64,000 nt of DNA from a virus, in the IMG/VR virus record IMGVR_UViG_3300028394_000045, positions 1 to 64,000 of that record, one strand, 5' to 3'. The notes under the pieces are model-generated. The model was not told the DNA's origin. It was given only the letters and a program-made list of their open reading frames with translations, and did not search any database. Positions within the stretch are counted from its first letter, which is position 1, and each line of letters starts with the position of its first letter. Positions 57,439 through 64,000 of this stretch are shown one piece after another. The translations under genes and the position numbers were made by a program.

Positions 57439-58527
57439 TTATAATCCTGCCAAACGCTTCAAGTCGATCACATTGCTGCGTTCTTCTTGTGGAACATTTT
57501 GTACAGTTTTATTACCAGTTACTGCGGTGACTTGTTCTGTGATAACTTTAGAGGTTCTCACGGATCTGTCTTCCAACACTGCTGGTAGATATTTTTCAAA
57601 AGCATTTTTCAGACGGGCTGTTTGTACGCTTTCGAGCAAATTACGCATGGTTTCTGCTTTTTCCCGGTTGAGAGGAGCCAACAGCATCTCCAATGTGCTG
57701 TCACGCTCATTGGATTCTTTTAACATACGCACTTCGCGTTCCTTGTGCTCGATCAAGACTTTTGCCTTGGTACCGAGCTTGATGGCTTCCGCCAACTGAC
57801 GATCTTTGCGACTTACTAGGTCGTACAGCTTGCGGACTTCGGCTTTCTCATTGAGATGAGTTGCACCAAATTCAGCAGCGTATGCTTCAAAGATACGACG
57901 TCCAAAATTGTTCTCGCGAGCAACCTTGATGTCTTCGTGTAGTTGTGTAAGTTCAGCCTTGAGATGACGGCTTACAGATTGAGACATTTTTTCAGCACTT
58001 TCTTTGATGAAACGTGCTTTCAATTGCTCAAGTTTTCCACGTGCTTCGCGCACCAGACGTACTTTTGTCTCAACGACATCACGCTTGTCTTGTGCGAATT
58101 CTTGAATTTCACGGGCCAATGCATGCACCACGAAGTTTTCTAGTTTTTCTAGGCCTTCATTGTGCTGCTTGCGGTCTCGACGCAGTTCGCCAATTTCCTC
58201 AGCAAGTTTTGTGACCATAAAGTTGTTGAACTTTGTGGCCGACTCTTTCATCTTGCCGTGAAACTTCACGCGGTCTTCAGCGATAGCTTGCTTTTCAGCA
58301 GCAATTGCCTTGACTTCTGTGGTGAGACCTTCTGTAACCATACGATCTAGGGCTTCCACCATTACTGACTTATCGTGCTCATAGCGTTGTGCGAACTCTT
58401 CACGTAGTTCTGCACGAGCTTGCTCACGAGCTTCATTCAGCTTGGTTTCCCAGGCTTCATTAATCTCTTGACGAGTTTCCTCGGTGATCAAGTTGCTATC
58501 TAGCAATGGTTTGATTGCATCTAACAT
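57439..58527 (-). CDS. gp22: prohead core scaffolding protein, gp22-like
   Basis: long coiled-coil between the protease and capsid genes. Confidence 0.8.
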   Translation of the reverse strand: MLDAIKPLLDSNLITEETRQEINEAWETKLNEAREQARAELREEFAQRYEHDKSVMVEALDRMVTEGLTTEVKAIAAEKQAIAEDRVKFHGKMKESATKFNNFMVTKLAEEIGELRRDRKQHNEGLEKLENFVVHALAREIQEFAQDKRDVVETKVRLVREARGKLEQLKARFIKESAEKMSQSVSRHLKAELTQLHEDIKVARENNFGRRIFEAYAAEFGATHLNEKAEVRKLYDLVSRKDRQLAEAIKLGTKAKVLIEHKEREVRMLKESNERDSTLEMLLAPLNREKAETMRNLLESVQTARLKNAFEKYLPAVLEDRSVRTSKVITEQVTAVTGNKTVQNVPQEERSNVIDLKRLAGL

Positions 58528-58540
58528 TAGTAGATTCTCC

Positions 58541-59176
58541 TTAGATTTTGAGTTCTTTGATCAGCTTTACAACTTCGCTTTTCAAATACCTCTGCACTTT
58601 GTTGTCTTGCCCAGCTTCACGTGCTACCTCTAGCAATCTATGTCCGTACTTCATGTTCATGAGACTTTCATAGATAGCTTTGGGATATGCATTTGGAGCA
58701 CTGGGTTGGGCAACCACATCTATAGTGACTATTTCAAAGTCACTTACATGTCCTGTTCTGTCATCAACATTGCCACTACCACGGCTGGAAACTCCCAGTT
58801 TCACTCCGGATGTTAGTAATGTCTTGATCAATTCTCCCATTGGTGTTGGAAGGATTTTTAATTTTCCACAACCAGCAGTTCCGTCCATCCACATGCCTTC
58901 AACGCTGTGGCAAACTCGGTCCAGATTGATCTTGAGATCTTCTGGATGATCCACTTCACCTAATACTGAATTGCCTTCACGTATTTGAGTGTTGATGGTA
59001 GTAACTGCTTTGTTGATTTCATGCAATGGATATATTCTGTCGTTGGCGTTGCGTTTGTCGCCTTCGATACAAATACCTTTGAGGTACAGATGCTTACCAG
59101 TGCCATCTGGTCCAGATTCTTCAAGAACCTGGATGTTGGCCTGTGTAAAAGTCAATTGTTCTCTTAGGTATTTCAT
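58541..59176 (-). CDS. gp21: prohead core protease, gp21-like
   Basis: NANDRIYP, LGEVDHP, TPMG, GVSSRGSG, DVVAQPSAPNA. Confidence 0.93.
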   Translation of the reverse strand: MKYLREQLTFTQANIQVLEESGPDGTGKHLYLKGICIEGDKRNANDRIYPLHEINKAVTTINTQIREGNSVLGEVDHPEDLKINLDRVCHSVEGMWMDGTAGCGKLKILPTPMGELIKTLLTSGVKLGVSSRGSGNVDDRTGHVSDFEIVTIDVVAQPSAPNAYPKAIYESLMNMKYGHRLLEVAREAGQDNKVQRYLKSEVVKLIKELKI

Positions 59177-59179
59177 CAA

Positions 59180-59986
59180 TTATCCACGTGCAACTGGGCT
59201 TCGGGTGTTGACACCTGAGGCTTGACCCAAGTGCGGCTTGTTAGCTGGCTTGAGGTTTTGTGTGCCTTGTGCTGGTGTATTACCCACACGGCCGATCATG
59301 TCTTTGGTTGTGTTTCTGTAAGCAGCGGTATCGTGATTTCCGCCCATTTCGCCACCGGCATGCACAGGTTTTACACTGTTGCCAATTGGACCTTTTGCGC
59401 CTGCATTTGCTGCCACAGTAGACCGCTTGTTCACGCTGCCTTCTTCAGAAGTCACTGGTTTTGGGGCTGCTTTGAGTGTGACAGCTTCCATCATGCCCGG
59501 TGGCATTTCGCCGGTGTCGTCCATTTCAATAGCGTCGCCGCCTTCTTCAGGACCAAAACCATCGCCGTCGCCCATACCGCCCATACCATCCATGATGTCT
59601 TCAAATTCAGCCATCAATTGGTCCAGCTTGTCTTCAAGATTCATGATGTCGTCTTTGGTAGCTGGTTCATCGCCGTCGCCCATGTCATCCATTCCGCCCA
59701 TGTCACCGTCACCAGCTTCAACATCGCCAATGAATTTATTAGCAGCATCGCCGCCCATTTTGTCACCGTCGTCTTCGTCGTCGCCTTCAGCTTCCATGTT
59801 CATGTCGGACTCTTCTTCGGAATCGACTTCGTCCATTAGACTTTCTTCGATTTCCTCTTCATCGGCCTCCATCATGCTTTCATAAATCTGGCGGCTTTTT
59901 TCCACGATGATGTCATGAAAAAGTTCTTGAGCCTTGTGCTCTTCGTCATTGATCACATATTCAATCAATTGTTCAAATCTGTTCAT
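59180..59986 (-). CDS. acidic prohead core protein (gp67/gp68 position)
   Basis: D/E/G/M-rich, between portal and protease; AGGAG SD and TAAATA at 60017-60022. Confidence 0.6.
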   Translation of the reverse strand: MNRFEQLIEYVINDEEHKAQELFHDIIVEKSRQIYESMMEADEEEIEESLMDEVDSEEESDMNMEAEGDDEDDGDKMGGDAANKFIGDVEAGDGDMGGMDDMGDGDEPATKDDIMNLEDKLDQLMAEFEDIMDGMGGMGDGDGFGPEEGGDAIEMDDTGEMPPGMMEAVTLKAAPKPVTSEEGSVNKRSTVAANAGAKGPIGNSVKPVHAGGEMGGNHDTAAYRNTTKDMIGRVGNTPAQGTQNLKPANKPHLGQASGVNTRSPVARG

Positions 59987-60096
59987 AAGAAAACTCCTAT
60001 AGGTAAAGTGTGCTGTTATTTACACAGCAAGAGAAATCTATAGTGTTTAAGGGCAGAAAATGACGATAAATTGCAGGAACTGCAATCGTCTGGCTA

Positions 60097-60321
60097 TCAC
60101 AAGCCCGGTGGGGCTGCGGGTGCTGGTGCATACTGCTGACGCACCAATTTCAATTTGTCTTTGTACTCAACTGTACGCACGTCATTCATGCGGCGTAGTT
60201 TGTTCAACTGTCTCAGGGTCAAATGAGTCTTTCGCAGGTCGCCCAGTTCAGGCTGGCTGTTGTCCTGCTTGAGATCCTGATATGCCTCAGGATTTTTTTG
60301 AAAAAACTCGTGTAGTATCAT
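60097..60321 (-). CDS. small prohead-associated hypothetical protein
   Basis: ATAAATAccagtATG; RKTHLTLRQLNKLR; follows the portal gene. Confidence 0.65.
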   Translation of the reverse strand: MILHEFFQKNPEAYQDLKQDNSQPELGDLRKTHLTLRQLNKLRRMNDVRTVEYKDKLKLVRQQYAPAPAAPPGL

Positions 60322-60329
60322 ACTGGTAT

Positions 60330-62120
60330 TTATGCAGGAGCAGCAGGTGCGCTGCCCGGTGCTGCACCGGCCGGATTGGCCGGCATTGGTGCTCCAGGAG
60401 TTGCACCAGGGGTGCCAGGTGCGGCCGGTGCCATTCCTGCAATGTCTTGTCCTGTTTCAATGTCTGCTTCCATTCCTGCTGGATTGATACCCACACTACG
60501 CAAGTCTTGCCCGCTGGCTGCTTTTTCTTCTATGGTATCGTTTTCTTCGCGCCACATCTCTTCGTTTTCCTGGATCTCTTCTTCGGTCAAGCCCAAGAAA
60601 CGCTCCAGCAAGAATCTCTTGCTCATGTAAGGCAACGGCTCTAGGCTTTGGAATGATGTGATACGTGTGTTGTCCAGTTCACTCTGACGGTAGCTGGCAA
60701 AGTTCTGCGGCGGATTAAATCTGAGACTGAACAGGCTGGAGTCTATGTTGAATCCGCGCCATTTCATGAACATCTTGAATTCATCATCCAATTTCTGCAC
60801 AATAAGTGCTTGCAGTCGTTCGCAATACTGATTGAATCTGTACTCTTGTATTAGAGCTGTGCCCACTTTTCCGTCGTTCATTGTGGCGCCGCTGTCGTCT
60901 GGTCCAGTGGGCAAATAGCTGCTGGGCACACGCAGACCGCGGGCCATTTTGTTGTTGAAATACTTCAAATCGTCAATTTCGCCCAGGTTCTGACCACCGG
61001 CTAAAGTGTCAATACTGCTGCCACGGCCGTCTGCTGTGACTGGGAAAAAGTAATCTTCGCCCACACTCAGTGGGTTGTAGCTGGCATCCATCATGTTGGT
61101 TCCGCCACCTGTTATGGTAGGAATACGTCGCTGATGCATTTCGTTTTTGACCCGTTCCACAAACGCCATGGCCAGGTGGCTGGGCATGTTGCCCACGTCG
61201 ATCTTGAAGATTCGTCGTTCTGGAGCTCGTTGCACACGGTAAATCAGTATGGAATCTTCCAGCAGTTGTTTTTGCTTGAACACCATGTAGATCTGTTCCA
61301 AGATGCTGCGTCCAAAAGGCCAAAACACATCCAGGCCTTCATTCAAACTCATATGCACCACATGCTTGGCATCAATACAAACTTCGTTCATGGCCTGCAT
61401 GAATCTGCTGTTGCCCACTCCACCGCCGGTGCCGCCATTGGGCATGGTGTAGTTGGATGCTCCGGCCACACTGCCGGTCACAGGATTGGTCATGTAGTCT
61501 GTGGTGGTCTTGGCTGCCACGCTCATGTTCTGGAAGTTGGGGTTGATGTCACGGATCACATACTGTTCCGGACGCTTGCCTTCGCTTTCATTCACGATCA
61601 CACGAGCCAGTTTGCTCATGTCCACCCACATCATCTCAAATGTTTCTGGATCACGCACAAACACTTGATCACCGTACTTGATGGTGTTGCGGAACAGTTT
61701 GAAGATGCGTTGATCCAGCTTGTTCAGCTTGACCCATTGCTGTAGCTGCTTCTTGATGATGCTGATCTCGTGATCAGTGGGTTTTTCCTTGAAATCCACT
61801 TCAAACGGTGTGCCGTTCTGCTTGTTAGGCTGTGTGCTGAACTCTGCAATAATGTCCAAACAGGCATTGACTTCTGAGTCCATGTCCATGTTTTCGTACT
61901 GATTGTAGCGTTCAATTCGATTGGGATGGCCACTATACACTTCGGGCAAACGACTGGCATAGTTACGAAACACAAAGTCTGCTTGAGCACCGGTGCCGTC
62001 GTTTTTGCCGTAGTTGTCTAGACCAAATTGATTGCGACCCGATATAGGGCTGAGTTGTCCGGAAGTGTCGGCCACTTTGAAATACTTTTTCCAAGAGCCT
62101 TGTGGTGTTTTTTCTGCCAT
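60330..62120 (-). CDS. gp20: portal protein, T4 gp20-like
   Basis: LLEDSILIYRVQRAPERRIFKIDVGNMP, EDYFFP, GGQNLGEIDD, LRVPSS. Confidence 0.96.
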   Translation of the reverse strand: MAEKTPQGSWKKYFKVADTSGQLSPISGRNQFGLDNYGKNDGTGAQADFVFRNYASRLPEVYSGHPNRIERYNQYENMDMDSEVNACLDIIAEFSTQPNKQNGTPFEVDFKEKPTDHEISIIKKQLQQWVKLNKLDQRIFKLFRNTIKYGDQVFVRDPETFEMMWVDMSKLARVIVNESEGKRPEQYVIRDINPNFQNMSVAAKTTTDYMTNPVTGSVAGASNYTMPNGGTGGGVGNSRFMQAMNEVCIDAKHVVHMSLNEGLDVFWPFGRSILEQIYMVFKQKQLLEDSILIYRVQRAPERRIFKIDVGNMPSHLAMAFVERVKNEMHQRRIPTITGGGTNMMDASYNPLSVGEDYFFPVTADGRGSSIDTLAGGQNLGEIDDLKYFNNKMARGLRVPSSYLPTGPDDSGATMNDGKVGTALIQEYRFNQYCERLQALIVQKLDDEFKMFMKWRGFNIDSSLFSLRFNPPQNFASYRQSELDNTRITSFQSLEPLPYMSKRFLLERFLGLTEEEIQENEEMWREENDTIEEKAASGQDLRSVGINPAGMEADIETGQDIAGMAPAAPGTPGATPGAPMPANPAGAAPGSAPAAPA

Positions 62121-62138
62121 GATCAGTTATTTACCGTG

Positions 62139-64000
62139 TTATGCGGTTACGTTGTATATCTTTTGCTGCACGTCCACGCTGTTTTTCTGTATGCGTATCA
62201 ACTCTTGCATGGCATCCAGCAAGGCCACATTGGTAGCTTTTTGCTCGGCCAAGGCAGATTTAACATCGCCCATGCTGCTTTCAAAACTTGCTTTGGCAGC
62301 TGATTGATCGGTCTGAGACAATGTACGTAATCCTTCTGCCAGGTCCGGAGACATAGTTGCCAGCATCTTGGCCACATCAGCAGAGTTGTCAAGACTAACA
62401 TTCATGCCTTTGCTGTTGAGTGTGGCCACATCTGAATTGATGGTCAAGCCTGCTGTGGCATCTGACATATCAAATGCTTGGGACAATGCTGAGGCAAGAT
62501 CAACATCGTTGGGCACAACTTCGCTGGCTTTCTTTTCTTTGGCCTTGGGCACACGTTGCCAGTGTCCAGGATCAGATTTTGGCAATGGCCGCATCCACCC
62601 GTTATCTTTAAGAATCTTTTCGAGATCCTTGGTCATGTCCTTTACTCTGACATCAAGAGCGTCGCCAGTTAGATGTTTGCTGTTTTCAGCAACAGGAAGA
62701 TTCTCTTTAGTAAACCTGTTGCCTTTTTCGTCTGTGTGATCTACCAGTGCTTCTTGCTCTTTCTGGGTTCGCACATTGCTGATCACTGGAACACCTTGTT
62801 TGACCAGTTCAAGCACATCGTCCAGCACTCGAGCACCGTTATCTAATACTGTGATATTTGCTGTTTCTTTTGCCTTGGATTTGTCTTTGGCTGCTGCTTC
62901 GTCCGCTGTTTTCCTGGCGGCTGCTTCGTCGGCCGCTTTTTTTGCGGCTGCTTCAGCAGCTTTAGCCTCCGATTCATTCTTTATTCTAGCTTGTTTTTCT
63001 GCATCGGTTTCGCCTACAGGTGGTGGTGGTGTAACTACCACTGGTGGTGGTGTAACTACTACGGGTTTACTTTTAGCGTCTGCTTTACTTTTAGCTTCGG
63101 CAGCGTGAACAGCTTCGTCAGCGGCTTTGCTTTTTTCTTCTGCTGCTTTTTGAAGTTTGTTGGCTTCATGAATCTTTTGCGCTGCGGCGCGCTGTTCTTC
63201 CGACCCATTGGTCATTTTGTTAAGTTCTGCTTGGGCCGTGGCTATTTGAGCTTTAATAAGTCTAAGCTCTTCCGTTGCTTTACTAGATTCCGCTCGTGCT
63301 TTCTCTACAGCAGGATCTGTTTCACTGACCTGTTGCTCTTTAGCACCAATCGGGGGCTTGGGCGCAGCTGGATTTTTTCCAAATGCTGCAAAATAATCAT
63401 TGATAGCATCAAGAACTGCTTTCTGCACATTTTTTTCAAAATCTTTCAGAGCAGCACCAAGTCCTATTTGTATTGGTCCAACATCAAATCCTTTGAATAT
63501 GGCCTGCTGCAAATTTGTCATGCCCTGTTGTTGCTGACGTAACAATTCTGCATATTTTTGTAAATTCTCATCTCCTGAACCAGGTGTAGCACCTGGACCG
63601 CCCACCGTGTCTTTTTGACCTTGTTCTAACTGTTTCTTCCTTGCTACCGGGTTGCTGTTTGCATATTGTTTAAGAGCCTGCGTTTCAACATATTTAATTC
63701 CGCTGTTATCTTGTATACCCAACTGCGCAGATGTATTCATTGCATCGCCATAATTCGCAGCCGCTCGGGACAGTTTTTCAGTGGCCTCTTCTGCGGTTAA
63801 TAGTCCAGCCTTCAAATCTTGAGTGACTTGCAGTATCACTCCCTGGGTACTTGTCACACCTTTTTGTCCTGCTTCGCTGGTGATTGCGCCCGATAGCGTA
63901 TCTTTAAAAGCCTGTTGTAATTCTGGACTGAGTTTAGACAAAATTGCATTGGTTCTATGAATTTCCTCGACTGCTTTGATCTGTTCAGGGTCTCCGCTTT
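62139..64000 (-). CDS. C-terminal part of a tape-measure/baseplate-hub-like protein with a peptidase M15-like domain (5'-truncated by the window)
   Basis: frame open to the edge; coiled-coil A/K/E segments; RTQKEQ...SKHLTGDALD...DPGHWQ Zn-peptidase motif. Confidence 0.6.
   Translation of the reverse strand, partial: SGDPEQIKAVEEIHRTNAILSKLSPELQQAFKDTLSGAITSEAGQKGVTSTQGVILQVTQDLKAGLLTAEEATEKLSRAAANYGDAMNTSAQLGIQDNSGIKYVETQALKQYANSNPVARKKQLEQGQKDTVGGPGATPGSGDENLQKYAELLRQQQQGMTNLQQAIFKGFDVGPIQIGLGAALKDFEKNVQKAVLDAINDYFAAFGKNPAAPKPPIGAKEQQVSETDPAVEKARAESSKATEELRLIKAQIATAQAELNKMTNGSEEQRAAAQKIHEANKLQKAAEEKSKAADEAVHAAEAKSKADAKSKPVVVTPPPVVVTPPPPVGETDAEKQARIKNESEAKAAEAAAKKAADEAAARKTADEAAAKDKSKAKETANITVLDNGARVLDDVLELVKQGVPVISNVRTQKEQEALVDHTDEKGNRFTKENLPVAENSKHLTGDALDVRVKDMTKDLEKILKDNGWMRPLPKSDPGHWQRVPKAKEKKASEVVPNDVDLASALSQAFDMSDATAGLTINSDVATLNSKGMNVSLDNSADVAKMLATMSPDLAEGLRTLSQTDQSAAKASFESSMGDVKSALAEQKATNVALLDAMQELIRIQKNSVDVQQKIYNVTA

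Noticed and set aside
1-64000. Alternative genetic code or stop-codon reassignment
   Set aside because: Standard code gives full-length core genes, tight gene packing and use of all three stop codons

Overview
This window is part of a large T4-like myophage genome (Caudoviricetes, contractile tail), and most genes lie on the minus strand. The core T4-type modules are recognisable: head assembly (portal gp20, protease gp21, scaffold gp22, major capsid gp23), terminase gp17, head-completion gp4, neck/tail genes (gp13, gp14, gp15, sheath gp18, tube gp19), recombination genes (gp32, UvsX, UvsY), dNMP kinase, a DEDD exonuclease and a NUDIX hydrolase. The accessory content is more unusual. (i) An 8.3-kb glycan-biosynthesis island holds three DxD glycosyltransferase-like genes, four KpsS/KpsC-like paralogs and four SAM methyltransferases. 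(ii) Two giant Gly/Asn/Thr-rich repeat fibre proteins (2591 and 1322 aa) are packed with N-x-S/T sequons and sit next to a Maf/MptE-like gene and a TPR-GT9 glycosyltransferase; together with (i) this suggests a phage-encoded virion glycosylation system. (iii) A cassette of two radical SAM genes, a 2OG-Fe(II) oxygenase and an SGNH-like gene, plus a signal-peptide nuclease, is inserted beside the terminase. (iv) A family of probable capsid-internal cargo proteins carries gp21-type cleavage sites and a shared scaffold-like 'L/M-K/R-x-L-A-G-L' motif. The regulatory grammar is clear in the sequence: T4-type late promoters (TAAATA), often only 4-7 nt before ATG (probably leaderless mRNAs); TTGACC-17-TATAAT sigma70-type promoters; RBS-occluding hairpins that carry or overlap the late promoter; and an H-type pseudoknot in the gp32 leader. 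No tRNA, rRNA, CRISPR array, integrase or IS was seen. All family calls rest on motif recognition by eye, not on database searches.
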